Below, piece by piece: positions 27,018 through 37,245 of a stretch of 64,000 nt of DNA. The DNA lies in assembly GCA_017621845.1 (NCBI GenBank), contig JAGASI010000025.1, forward strand, positions 7,619 to 71,618, given 5' to 3'. How positions within the stretch are numbered: the first letter of the stretch is position 1; each line of letters begins with the position of its first letter. Below the pieces are notes generated by a model that saw only the letters and a list, made by a program, of their open reading frames with translations, made no database searches and had not been told where the DNA came from. Source of the DNA: Muribaculaceae bacterium. Its GTDB lineage: Bacteria; Bacteroidota; Bacteroidia; Bacteroidales; Muribaculaceae. Both the position numbers and the translations under genes were made by a program.

Positions 27018-29677
27018 TATTTTTCAGATGAGTTGTCATCATTTTTACATGCTGCCTTGTCTGACGGCTTTGCTCTATCCTTGGATAAAGGTATCAGCCC
27101 GGGGCATAACAGAGTAAACAGATATCCCAGCACCAGGAGATATATCAGTGTCACCGCACCATACGCCATGTTTGTGGTGACATGTATCGAGTCGGGGTCA
27201 AATGTCATTGACACCTCATGGGTCCCGGCAGGGATTTTCATGGCTCTCAGGACATAGTTGACACGTCCCAACTCGGCAGGCTTGCCATCGATGGTAGCTT
27301 TCCATCCCCAGGGGAACCACACCTCGGAGAATACCACGACACCACCCTTAGCGGTAGTAACCTTATAGGATACCGTATTGGGGTTATAGGATGTCATGAC
27401 AACAGTATCGCCGGGAACACGCGAAGGACAATTTGTACCCAAGACTTCTTGAAATTTCTTGTCAGCGACTGCAACACTCTCGGGATCTATTGTCTCCAGG
27501 GCGTTAAACTCGTCATCGGCCTTATCGACCCATTTCAGTGAGTCAATAAGCCATGCCGGTCCCAATGCCGATTCATTAGGTATCACCTGACCTCCTTGGA
27601 TAAAGTAGCGAGTATTAAGCATGTCAAGAACACGGCCCTTGGTCAACATGCCACGATCAATCAAGTCGTTGTAACGATTGAGCTTGGCAGCATGATAGCC
27701 GGTGACCATGTGATGATGGAATGAACGGGCCGCTCCTCCGGGATTGTCCATGTCGAGGACTCTATAATATCCTTTATCGGCCGATATAGCCTTATCTATT
27801 TCATCGGGGGCCAAGGGGTCGTTGAAAGTCATTACATCCTTGACAAACGAGTCTGACGCCACATAGCGTTTGTCAACGCTCCACAGGTCAAACGTGGTAA
27901 TCACGCCAACCGAGGCCACGACAGCCACGCGTCTCACCCGGCCCATGGCTCCAAGCACAATAATGCCACCACCCAAGAGCAGTATCAACAGCGAGCGTCC
28001 GGCATCGGCACTTATCATCTCGCCGCGCAACTCCCTGGCTGCCTTGATGGCATCAGGTACCGACTGCTCGATAACTGTAAGGGTCTGCCGCACATCGGCC
28101 TCACTGATTTGGCCATATTGGTAAGCCATGATATATGGCTGTGCGGCTTGAGCCAATACATTATCAGGATTATCGGCTCTCTCATGAACCGGGTCACCCA
28201 GGAACGAGGGTGCCATCCACAGTATCATGCATAAAAATGCCGGAATACCCAACGACAATATCACCTCCTTGCGGTACACCTTGAAAGCGTCGGGTGTAGA
28301 CAATAACTTCTGTAAACCGAGCATACCTACCAACGGCATCGTCAGACACACGATTATCAATATCGTCTCGGCTGCGCGGAATTTATTATACATCGGCACA
28401 TAGTCAATGAACAAGTCGGTAAAGCCCTGGAGATGGCTACCCATAGCCAGCAACACAGCGATAATTGTCACTGTCAGCAACGCCCATACCTCAGGTCCTT
28501 TGACAATACAGCATCCGAGGATAAACAGCGCGAATATCAGCACCCCGACATAGAATGGGCCATTGGTGCCACCGCTGTCCATTTTACCGCCAAAGTATTG
28601 GGGCATAGTAGAAAGTATATAGTCTACGACTTGATCATTACTCTCATAAGAATCACTTTCCTTGGCTATCTTGTCAAGTCCTTCACGTTGCATCTGACCT
28701 TCAGTCAGACGTCCTGAAGCACCGCCCTTGAGGTTGGGGATTAGCAGGGTGAATGTCTCGGATGGGGTATTGCTCCAGCCACATATTTCGGCCCGCGGGA
28801 GGCCTCCGGTGGGTTTTTCAGTGAGTTTACCTTCATCCTCGGGGTTGACAACAGGTGTCAACTCGCTTGCCGAGCGCTTGGTTTCCTTGGCATATTCGTA
28901 TGTGTTATAAAGGCTCGGGGCGTTGGCCGCGAGTCCTAACAGACCGGCTCCCAGGCACACGGCCGAGGCGGTCAGCCATTGTTTCATCTTATGCTGACGT
29001 ATTGCCTGCACAAGCCAGCCGATGACCAACGCCAACATGATGAATGTCGAGTAATATGTAATCTGGGGATGGTTGGCATTAAGCTCAAGCATTGACATGA
29101 TGCCCATGAGGGCCGCGCCCGAGAGATAACGTCCGCGGTAAGCGAGGGCCAAGGCACCGATTGTGGGAGGCACATAGGTCAGCGCCATGAATTTCCATAT
29201 ATGACCGGCTCCGACAATGATTATAAAATAGGATGACAAGCCCCATGCCAAAGCGCCAACAAGCGCATACCACCATCTCAGTCGCCAGCAATAGAGCATG
29301 ATAAGCATGCCCATCATCATCATGAACAGCAAGTTGGAAGGCGCCGGAAGGCCTAAGCCATAGACCGAATTAAGCCAGTCAAACAACGAGTTGGAGTCAT
29401 AGGATGGCGAAATCTGGAATGTAGGCATACCCGAGAACAACGAGTTGGTCCACAGTGCTTTTTCACCGGTTGCTTCCTCATATGCACGGCCCTCCTCGCC
29501 ATTGGCGGCGCCTTGTACCATATCATTCTGGGACAAGTGGTTGCCCTCAAAGTTATCAGGCATAAAGTAACCCACCGATACAATGGCCATAATCGTCACC
29601 GATACCATAAATCCCCACACCTGTTCCTGTTTAAGCCAGGCTAATAACCGGGTGGATAATGTCTTATTGTCGTTCAT
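27017..29677 (-). CDS. YfhO-family polytopic membrane protein (GT-C-like glycosyltransferase)
   Basis: LWTNSLFSGMPTFQI, ANHPQITYY, many TM helices, VFSEVWFPWGWKATIDGK, RVNYVLRAM. Confidence 0.88.
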   Translation of the reverse strand: MNDNKTLSTRLLAWLKQEQVWGFMVSVTIMAIVSVGYFMPDNFEGNHLSQNDMVQGAANGEEGRAYEEATGEKALWTNSLFSGMPTFQISPSYDSNSLFDWLNSVYGLGLPAPSNLLFMMMMGMLIMLYCWRLRWWYALVGALAWGLSSYFIIIVGAGHIWKFMALTYVPPTIGALALAYRGRYLSGAALMGIMSMLELNANHPQITYYSTFIMLALVIGWLVQAIRQHKMKQWLTASAVCLGAGLLGLAANAPSLYNTYEYAKETKRSASELTPVVNPEDEGKLTEKPTGGLPRAEICGWSNTPSETFTLLIPNLKGGASGRLTEGQMQREGLDKIAKESDSYESNDQVVDYILSTMPQYFGGKMDSGGTNGPFYVGVLIFALFILGCCIVKGPEVWALLTVTIIAVLLAMGSHLQGFTDLFIDYVPMYNKFRAAETILIIVCLTMPLVGMLGLQKLLSTPDAFKVYRKEVILSLGIPAFLCMILWMAPSFLGDPVHERADNPDNVLAQAAQPYIMAYQYGQISEADVRQTLTVIEQSVPDAIKAARELRGEMISADAGRSLLILLLGGGIIVLGAMGRVRRVAVVASVGVITTFDLWSVDKRYVASDSFVKDVMTFNDPLAPDEIDKAISADKGYYRVLDMDNPGGAARSFHHHMVTGYHAAKLNRYNDLIDRGMLTKGRVLDMLNTRYFIQGGQVIPNESALGPAWLIDSLKWVDKADDEFNALETIDPESVAVADKKFQEVLGTNCPSRVPGDTVVMTSYNPNTVSYKVTTAKGGVVVFSEVWFPWGWKATIDGKPAELGRVNYVLRAMKIPAGTHEVSMTFDPDSIHVTTNMAYGAVTLIYLLVLGYLFTLLCPGLIPLSKDRAKPSDKAACKNDDNSSEK

Positions 29678-29743
29678 TGATTAATATTTAAGTCTTATTT
29701 TTAGCAGTCGTGTAATCAAGCTTTTTGACTCAACGTCAGATTG

Positions 29744-30466
29744 TTAACTTAACAAAGTTGAAAGAGCAGGTATTTGAGCCTCGTCGGTGAGTGCATCTTC
29801 CTTCTCATCCCAGCCACGCCCCTTAATCCAGGCGGTCTTGCAACCTATCGAGCGGGCGGGGAGTATATCTTTTCTCAGAGAGTCTCCCACGACGAGCACC
29901 TCGTCGGGATTGAGTCCGAGAGCTACCACGCCAAGCCTGAAGATACGTGCATCAGGCTTTCTGACACCCACGACAGCACTCTCTATAATGCCTTGGAAGT
30001 ACTTTCTGATACCGAAATCACGTATCACTTCGTCAACATTGCCATAAAAATTGCTCACCAATACCATAGGATAACGCTCGGCCAGACGCTTGAGCACTTC
30101 GGCAGCCTCGGCGACACACTCGTGGGCATATTCATAGCAATACCCGGCAGCCACCCGGGCCTTGGCCTCAATTTCATCAGAATCAATACCTCCCATCATG
30201 GCGAGATGTCTGAACTCAATGACAAGTTTCTTGTCCATCAGAGCCGAAAAGTTGTCGCCGGGCAAGATGATACGCTCACGTGCCAAGGCACGCTCGCCCT
30301 CGACATAACACACACGGAAAGTCTCATCATCAGCCTCGACACCGGCACGTCGCCAACCTTCTCTGATAACATGGCTCCAGTGGTCGCCACGTGTGTCGAT
30401 AGTGCCACCGTAGTCAAAGATGATGCCTTTGATTTCTGTATCACTGAGTGGATTAGTATTTCCCAT
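29744..30466 (-). CDS. HAD-superfamily hydrolase
   Basis: IIFDYGGTIDT (motif I variant), LVSNF, RKPDARIF, VGDSLRKD. Confidence 0.88.
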   Translation of the reverse strand: MGNTNPLSDTEIKGIIFDYGGTIDTRGDHWSHVIREGWRRAGVEADDETFRVCYVEGERALARERIILPGDNFSALMDKKLVIEFRHLAMMGGIDSDEIEAKARVAAGYCYEYAHECVAEAAEVLKRLAERYPMVLVSNFYGNVDEVIRDFGIRKYFQGIIESAVVGVRKPDARIFRLGVVALGLNPDEVLVVGDSLRKDILPARSIGCKTAWIKGRGWDEKEDALTDEAQIPALSTLLS

Positions 30467-31406
30467 CTTTAAGCTCTAAGGTAAATTTACGGCATATCTT
30501 TTCATGACGCACAACCATATATACAAGCAGTGTATTGAACACTGTCAACTCGGCCGCAAAGTACAGCCACGGCATCTTGAGGAACAAGGCTGTAAACAGA
30601 GTGATTGTACGCCAGTTAAAAGATAATATGTTGGTAAACTTCATCAACGGTAATGATGCACGGCGGAAAGCACGGCGCATGGCACTCGAGGGCGTTCCCC
30701 CGGGCCAACGGCGGGCTATCTCGGCACGCAATGATTGCATGGCAGGTGTCATCGCTTCTTGACTTACCGTATAGTTGGTATAGAAAGTCAGCACCAACTT
30801 ACGGAAAAAGTTTTTACTCCATGACAACGATGCAAGCTTAGTCTTGAGATGTCCGGCATTTTCCAACTCACTACCATCACTGCCTTTAAGAAAGTATAGA
30901 TGGAATTGACGATAATAGTCGGCCATGGCCGCCTGCTTGGCGTGACACATGCCGGTAACTACTGCCATCACCCATATCACCCAGCTGTGGTCCATGAAGA
31001 ACTCGCTGGTAACATTCTCACGCAGGCATATGGCAACATATATCGTGGCAAACCATACATCTCCGGCCATGCCATCGAGAATACGGCCTATACGTGAATA
31101 CTGCTTGGTCATGCGGGCAAGCTGACCGTCGGCACTGTCAAACGAGTTGGCCCATATCAACAGCACCATACCCAAGACGTTGATCCAGATATTATCAAAG
31201 TAGAAAGCCACACCGGCACCTATGCCCAAGAATATCGAAGCTATAGTGATCGCATTGGGAGTCACGCCAAGGCGACGGGCAAGACACGCCCACCCATATC
31301 CTATAGGCCGGTAAAACGCCAGGTCTATATGTTCCTCGGTATCGGCACTTTTAAGTGTATCGCGATAGGAAACGCGTGTTGACGATTGCTTATCAATACC
31401 GCTCAT
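30453..31406 (-). CDS. CDP-alcohol phosphatidyltransferase
   Basis: Complete family signature DSADGQLARMTKQYSRIGRILDGMAGD. Overlaps both neighbouring genes. Confidence 0.92.
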   Translation of the reverse strand: MSGIDKQSSTRVSYRDTLKSADTEEHIDLAFYRPIGYGWACLARRLGVTPNAITIASIFLGIGAGVAFYFDNIWINVLGMVLLIWANSFDSADGQLARMTKQYSRIGRILDGMAGDVWFATIYVAICLRENVTSEFFMDHSWVIWVMAVVTGMCHAKQAAMADYYRQFHLYFLKGSDGSELENAGHLKTKLASLSWSKNFFRKLVLTFYTNYTVSQEAMTPAMQSLRAEIARRWPGGTPSSAMRRAFRRASLPLMKFTNILSFNWRTITLFTALFLKMPWLYFAAELTVFNTLLVYMVVRHEKICRKFTLELKDGKY

Positions 31407-32272
31407 TTCTTTTTATTTTGTTTGATTGCTGAAAGTATACATTTGGCGATATACGGCCCGGCTTGTTCGCGGCAGGGGGCAAATGACGGCCAATCATTAA
31501 AATCGATTATACGTATCTCACCCTCTGATGATATGATGCAGTCACCGCCATATATCTTGACGTCAAGCTCTTGACATGCGCGCGCACATATATCCTTGAG
31601 CGCGTCTTCACTGAATTTGATGCCACGGGCGGCACCGTTGATAGCCTCATGACCATATTTGCTGTGTCCGGCCTCAAATGGATAGAACCAATAGAAGAAG
31701 TCGGTATCGGCCACGCCGTAAAACTTGATAAGATCACCCTCGAGGTGTCGGTTGATGACAGCACGTTTAATTCCGCGCAAAAAATATTCCTGGAGTACTT
31801 CCTGGGCCTCGTCGGCATGACGCACAAATGACACATCTTCTTTGTGCATGGCATGAAAATCGCCACGTTTAATCCATACCCGGTCCATTCCAAGACGATT
31901 CATGGCATCGATGACCCCCTCGTTGGTATTGACCATGAGTGACTCGGGATAAGGTATATCGCTACCTATAAGGATACGAGTCATGCGCTCACGGGTACAA
32001 TTCTCGATACCATAACCCGAGTTAATCACCAGACAGCCCGCGTCTTCAAGTTGTTGCAACTTGGCTATAGACTGCTGTTCCCGGCACATGTTGACGATGA
32101 TTTTCTCTTTTACCTCACCGGCGATAAACTGCTCCTCGGAATAGATACTTACCTCACATCCGCGTTTTCTCAATTGATCGGCAACTATATTGAATATTGC
32201 CGCATCATTGCCGATATGATTGGGAGAGTAGGCACCGGCTCTCATAATGCCGGCAATCTTGATATCTGCCAT
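31403..32272 (-). CDS. ATP-grasp-fold protein with ITPK1 (inositol phosphate kinase)-like motifs
   Basis: VWIKRGDFH, HLEGDLIKFYGV, IYGGDCII, IIDFNDWPSF. ATP-grasp fold is well supported; the kinase specificity is inferred. Confidence 0.65.
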   Translation of the reverse strand: MADIKIAGIMRAGAYSPNHIGNDAAIFNIVADQLRKRGCEVSIYSEEQFIAGEVKEKIIVNMCREQQSIAKLQQLEDAGCLVINSGYGIENCTRERMTRILIGSDIPYPESLMVNTNEGVIDAMNRLGMDRVWIKRGDFHAMHKEDVSFVRHADEAQEVLQEYFLRGIKRAVINRHLEGDLIKFYGVADTDFFYWFYPFEAGHSKYGHEAINGAARGIKFSEDALKDICARACQELDVKIYGGDCIISSEGEIRIIDFNDWPSFAPCREQAGPYIAKCILSAIKQNKKK

Positions 32273-32306
32273 TTTATGTATAGATTATTAGAGATTGTTT
32301 CAGAAA

Positions 32307-35300
32307 TTATTTAATAACAGGCACCTCAAGACGGCGGGTGGATACCTGGGCATCCTTATCACCCGCAATCACAAATGCCGAGTAATGACCATCGGCCACG
32401 AGCTGACCGTCATTATTTTTGAGATCCCAACGATAGGGGAACGTGACACCCTGACGCGACAGCACGGTGTTGCCCAGCTCATCCTCAATGACAAGACGTG
32501 GCGAGACGAGCGAGACTGCCGACTCTACATTCAATATGATGTATGAGCGGTCGGCGGGGTCGACAGTATCCATACTGAGAGTTGCTTGGCCTATCTCGGG
32601 GGATACTACAAAGTTGATAGTTCGCTGAGCCGAGCGATTAGCATTATCTTTAACTGAGAATGTCAATGAATGTCTACCGGCAGCAAGCGATGACAATGGC
32701 ATGTTCAAAGTCCATATACCATCATCCTGAGAGTCCATTTTAAGCGAAGCATCAACGCCATCGACATTATTGACGTTGTCAAGAATCAAGCGGGGGGCAC
32801 CACCAATGGCAGTACCGAATTTTAGACCTATATCGCTGACCTTGACCTTGGCGACAAGTTCTGCGTCAGATTTCACCATATCCCCATCAGTAAACAGGGG
32901 GGTATCGAGATACATATCAGTAATCATCGGGGCATCACCCAAGTCTGAAACTTCACCGGCATCAGCCGCCACCTTGACCAACGCCGTAAGACCGGCCGCC
33001 GAGAGGGTTTTGGAATCATCATATGTAGCAGTAACAACTATACGGTTGGTCTCACCGGGATAGGACGGGTATCCTACTGTCACCGGCACTTCAAAGTGTC
33101 CATTGACAACACGGCCTTGGGCTTGGGACAAAATCTCTTGGTCAAGAGTAAGCTCCAGACCCGTCTTGTCATTGCTGTCAGGCGAAATAGTTGTCTTAAC
33201 CTGAGTCTTGGTAGCTATAGGTGACTCATAGATTGTTACTGTTAAATCTCCGTTAAATGATCTGATTACATTACCGTTACTGTCTTTGACGTCACCCTTT
33301 ATAATGTATTGTGTCAAAGGATTGATAGTGACAATCTCGGGATCGGGACCGCCATACACCGGATAATCCGGCAGTACTTTATCCGAGACACCATTGATAG
33401 TGATTCTATAAGTAGGAGCCGAGACTTTCAACGCCGGGTCTCCACACAAGTTGTAACAAAGGGTGTTGACTCGGCTACCCTCGGTATATCTATTAGAGGT
33501 GCGCACCGAGTTGGATGCTTGTCGGAAAATTTCACCGATTGTTGTAGTGCTGTTGGCATTGGCATATGCCTCAGCCACGGCGAGGTTCAAGTGTTGGTTA
33601 TAGTCCATATATACGGGGCGACAGGCAGCCACCGCTCCTATCATGCCTCCATTGGGTTGAAATACCATCAGTGAGGCAATACCGAGGTCGGTATCGGGAC
33701 GGTCAAACTCATAGGTGGTACACGTTGACAATAATGCCAATGGCGGGACATCATAGGAGGTATTACGCACATTGGAGCGACGCCACAGGTTTTCACCCGA
33801 AAATCCATCATGGTCACCATGTCCCGAATAGGCAAACAGTCCGGCACCTCGTTTCAACTGATTGGAGACGACCTGCCTCAATACCTGGGCATCATTATTG
33901 GTCCATGGATAGACCAAATTATGACCTTGGGTCATAGTCATAGTCGGACGTTTGTTAATCATTTTGGTTATTAATTCCCTTGATTGCGTGAAATGGGTAT
34001 TACGGTCTCCATCATCACTCATGGCAATGATGTTAAGATAATTGTCGACCGATGGTGGCGTCTCAAGGTACTTGGCAATCTTCTTATTGACCTGAGCTGC
34101 CATAGTGGGGTCGGACAAAGGAAGACGGCCAACTGCTATAGTCTGGGGCTCAGAACTGATTGCAGAAATTCCAAAGTAGTCACTAAGCATACCGAAAAAG
34201 CCGTCATGGGTATAAGAAGTAGATATACGGCTGGCATAATAAGCATTGTGACACTGGAAAGTCAACATATGATCGTCATCGGGTAAGACGATGTGTCGAT
34301 TGTCCCATACTCCGGCTCCATATATCAACAGATATTTAAATATGTCGGGGGAACGGTCATAGAACATCTTACACAACTTGGAGTAGGCAAAGGCATGAGG
34401 AGTACCGGAGGAGAACTCATTAAATACATCATCTTGGGTGAAAACTATTGTTTCGACACCATGGTTAGTGTGTATGTCAGCCAGTTCCTTGGCTTGCTCA
34501 AGAAGACGCGGAGTGGTGATGATGACCATTTCGGGTGTGCCTTTGCCATGAATATTCTGGTTGGCAACCTCGCCGATGATGACAGGCTGTTTAGACACCG
34601 ATGAACGTCTGAAAGCAATCAAGCGGCAGGGGTAATCGCCGTAGCTGGGACAACGTTCACTAAAACTGCCGGTGACCTCTCGGGTATCACTATTATAATT
34701 CAATTGGTGGAAATAGGTATTATAGGAGTCTGACACATTGACCACCATCACATCTTCGTCGGCATTGCCAATCGTAAAGTTGTTGCTGTCCGAGATGTCT
34801 ACATATTGTAACAACTTAGGAAGTCCTGTATTGTCTAATCTGGCATACTGAAGGAATGAAAAGCCGACATAATCCACACCAAAGTAACTCTGTCCGAGGA
34901 ACGTTTTGTTTTTTAGCACAAAATCATAGGTTCCGCCTTCACTTATGTCTCCCTCGGGCACAAAACGTGCGTTGGTTGACACCACGTTATACACGATACC
35001 GTCATAGGAGTTGTTATCAAACGTGGTCCTGCCTACTTGTTCCTTGCTGAACTGCTCGGGACCTTCGAGACTTACCTCGGGCCCCTGAGACGTGCATTTG
35101 TAAGCAAACGCGGCAGTCATCCACAGCTTGTTATTGCTATCCATGACATAGCCTGTCATGTCAAGAGGGAAGGACATGCTTTCTCCCATCTCAAGCTCCC
35201 GGCCCTGGTAGTAGGTGCCGGCATTTGAGGGGTTCTGCAAGTCTTCTTCATACCATGTTGTACTCAAGTGGGTATTTTTGGTCGCTGACTCGTCTCTCTG

Positions 35301-35771
35301 TGTCACGGGGTATGTGACAGGCTCCTTCTCGACAGGAATATCTGAGAGGAAATAATAGCCGGCCGTGTGGTACATATTACGGCGAACAATGATTTTCTCG
35401 GCGGCCGATGCAATCACTCTGCAGTCTCCCTCGCCATAAAAGTAGAGTCGTCGGCTTTGGGGATCATTATAAGAGGCTGTCAACACCATATCATCGGAGT
35501 TATCTTTATAGAACGCATAGTCTGACAGCGCATTACCGCCCCAACCATAGACATGAACTTTCTCGGGCTCATTAAAGCCCAAGTCGATAAGCTGGTCATA
35601 ATCCAGCGTGTATATATTTTCTTCTTTAACTTGAATTTTAACCCAATGTCCTTGGGCGAGCTTGGACCGGGAGGCATACTTATCGGACGAAAACGAGTAA
35701 GCGTCATTGACTGACAACATCATGGCCGCGAATACCAGAAGGGCGTGCCTGAGGATGATCTTCTTTTTCAT
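32307..35771 (-). CDS. porU: Second PorU-like C25 (gingipain-clan) sortase paralogue with CTD
   Basis: YASRSKLAQGHWVKIQV, HVYGWGG, AVGRLP, AYSGHG (His), LSTCTTYEFD (Cys), LCGDPALK. Start moved to ATG 35771. Confidence 0.8.
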   Translation of the reverse strand: MKKKIILRHALLVFAAMMLSVNDAYSFSSDKYASRSKLAQGHWVKIQVKEENIYTLDYDQLIDLGFNEPEKVHVYGWGGNALSDYAFYKDNSDDMVLTASYNDPQSRRLYFYGEGDCRVIASAAEKIIVRRNMYHTAGYYFLSDIPVEKEPVTYPVTQRDESATKNTHLSTTWYEEDLQNPSNAGTYYQGRELEMGESMSFPLDMTGYVMDSNNKLWMTAAFAYKCTSQGPEVSLEGPEQFSKEQVGRTTFDNNSYDGIVYNVVSTNARFVPEGDISEGGTYDFVLKNKTFLGQSYFGVDYVGFSFLQYARLDNTGLPKLLQYVDISDSNNFTIGNADEDVMVVNVSDSYNTYFHQLNYNSDTREVTGSFSERCPSYGDYPCRLIAFRRSSVSKQPVIIGEVANQNIHGKGTPEMVIITTPRLLEQAKELADIHTNHGVETIVFTQDDVFNEFSSGTPHAFAYSKLCKMFYDRSPDIFKYLLIYGAGVWDNRHIVLPDDDHMLTFQCHNAYYASRISTSYTHDGFFGMLSDYFGISAISSEPQTIAVGRLPLSDPTMAAQVNKKIAKYLETPPSVDNYLNIIAMSDDGDRNTHFTQSRELITKMINKRPTMTMTQGHNLVYPWTNNDAQVLRQVVSNQLKRGAGLFAYSGHGDHDGFSGENLWRRSNVRNTSYDVPPLALLSTCTTYEFDRPDTDLGIASLMVFQPNGGMIGAVAACRPVYMDYNQHLNLAVAEAYANANSTTTIGEIFRQASNSVRTSNRYTEGSRVNTLCYNLCGDPALKVSAPTYRITINGVSDKVLPDYPVYGGPDPEIVTINPLTQYIIKGDVKDSNGNVIRSFNGDLTVTIYESPIATKTQVKTTISPDSNDKTGLELTLDQEILSQAQGRVVNGHFEVPVTVGYPSYPGETNRIVVTATYDDSKTLSAAGLTALVKVAADAGEVSDLGDAPMITDMYLDTPLFTDGDMVKSDAELVAKVKVSDIGLKFGTAIGGAPRLILDNVNNVDGVDASLKMDSQDDGIWTLNMPLSSLAAGRHSLTFSVKDNANRSAQRTINFVVSPEIGQATLSMDTVDPADRSYIILNVESAVSLVSPRLVIEDELGNTVLSRQGVTFPYRWDLKNNDGQLVADGHYSAFVIAGDKDAQVSTRRLEVPVIK

Positions 35772-35935
35772 ATTGGTTTTTGTCATCAGATGATTGGTAT
35801 CGACTTCTTTTAATTTTAGGATTACGGGAGTAACCATAATCATACTCCCGATTGTAACTGTTTCTTTTTATGACTTTGGCGAATGTATCGATATGTACTC
35901 GTGGTACACCTGTGAAACATTCTTGTTATTTACAT

Positions 35936-36478
35936 TTATCTTGTTTTAAACAATAGGCAGTGTTGGTTGTCGATATTGATATCAACATCGATATGAAGAG
36001 TCAACGGGACCACCGGAGCAATATTGAGCGGGATGGCAATGATATCACCGGTCTTGACTGTATGGAGATCTGAAGCAACCCCAAGAGCATGGTCAACGGT
36101 ATTTCTGAGCCAATCGGCGGCGAGTGTCAGTCTATTCTCCCCGTCAGCCGAGACAGTAACATCGTCCAAGGTGAGAGATACAAATTTACCACACATGGCT
36201 GCACCGTCACGGCTGAACTCAGACTCTGTGTCTCCCTCAACATGCGAGGGATGCATTATGATGGTCACTGCGTCATAGTAGCGAGAGGCAAACTTCTCTG
36301 CAATCTTCATTCCCAGGCGACAAACTCTGACTCCAAGCCACCATGTGGCTTGCCACTCACGCTCATCGGGCTTGAACCATGGGTTATCTCTGAGTATCAG
36401 CGAGGAATCGGTGCCCACATCGGCAACTTGGTGTTGGTCAGCTGTCATCCAGAATATCTTCATACCTGTCTTTGTCAC
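35936..36478 (-). CDS. Degenerate fumarylacetoacetate-hydrolase-family protein
   Basis: RVCRLGMKIAEKFASRYYDAVT and TVKTGDII match Bacteroidales FAH proteins, but the metal-binding residues appear to be absent. Confidence 0.7.
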   Translation of the reverse strand: MTKTGMKIFWMTADQHQVADVGTDSSLILRDNPWFKPDEREWQATWWLGVRVCRLGMKIAEKFASRYYDAVTIIMHPSHVEGDTESEFSRDGAAMCGKFVSLTLDDVTVSADGENRLTLAADWLRNTVDHALGVASDLHTVKTGDIIAIPLNIAPVVPLTLHIDVDINIDNQHCLLFKTR

Positions 36479-37140
36479 TGTTTGAGTCGATTATACATCA
36501 CCGCCAGGTGGGAATATATCGACGTATTCTGCACTACAACATTGGGACGCACCATAATACGACATGGTGTAAAATTCCATATCGCCCGTATACCAACATC
36601 CATAATAGTGTCAGCCACCACTTGAGCCGCATCTACAGGCACAGTGACTGCCGCTATATTGACCTGACGGTCTCGGGCTATCTCGCCTAAACGGCTGATA
36701 TGATAGATGGGAATACCTCGTATCTCGCCTCCTACAATCTGTTCATCTATATCAAAAGCGGCTACCAGATTGAGCCCATACCTTAGCAATCCCGAGTCTC
36801 TCATCAACGCCGAGCCCAACGATCCCGCACCGATAATCACGGCATTATGTTGTTGGTCAAAACCCAGAAAATCTCTTAATCGACTCTCCAGACGCGCGAC
36901 TTCATATCCAATACGCGTCTTACCCTTGATATTCAGGAATGACAAATCCTTGGCTATCTGGGACGCATCGACACCCACCTCGGCCGAAATGCGTGTCGAT
37001 GAAACATATTCTACATTTTCCCGACGTAACGTCGTGACGTATGCCAGATACCACGGCAGTCGCCTCAACGTGGGCTCGGGAAGTCCTGTGGCTGTGGTGT
37101 CCATCGCGGTATTGACTGGCGTTGTTTGTTGCTTATTCAT
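36475..37140 (-). CDS. rex: Redox-sensing transcriptional repressor Rex
   Basis: PTLRRLPWYL, QIAKDLS, GKTRIGYEV, IGAGSLGSAL, IWNFTP. Start moved to ATG 37140, just downstream of a -7 box. Confidence 0.95.
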   Translation of the reverse strand: MNKQQTTPVNTAMDTTATGLPEPTLRRLPWYLAYVTTLRRENVEYVSSTRISAEVGVDASQIAKDLSFLNIKGKTRIGYEVARLESRLRDFLGFDQQHNAVIIGAGSLGSALMRDSGLLRYGLNLVAAFDIDEQIVGGEIRGIPIYHISRLGEIARDRQVNIAAVTVPVDAAQVVADTIMDVGIRAIWNFTPCRIMVRPNVVVQNTSIYSHLAVMYNRLKQ

Positions 37141-37149
37141 TTCAAAGCA

Positions 37150-37157
37150 CAAATTTA
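37150..37157 (-). promoter_or_regulatory. -7 box for rex (very short leader)
   Basis: caaattta reads TAAATTTG on the minus strand, 9 nt upstream of the ATG. Confidence 0.65.
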
Positions 37158-37245
37158 CAAAAATTTTTCTTAGCAATCCCAACTTGCCTTATACAATGGA
37201 CTGACAATGTATAGACGCTCAATCGACAATAGTCTGCACCTGATA

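Noticed and set aside
29774-30472. 232-aa plus-strand ORF, and similar shadow ORFs (5337-5888, 6553-7347, 32770-33063, 36707-37204, 52705-53274, 58089-58580)
   Set aside because: They are antisense or off-frame to well-supported genes and have no recognisable motifs; such ORFs are expected from codon bias.
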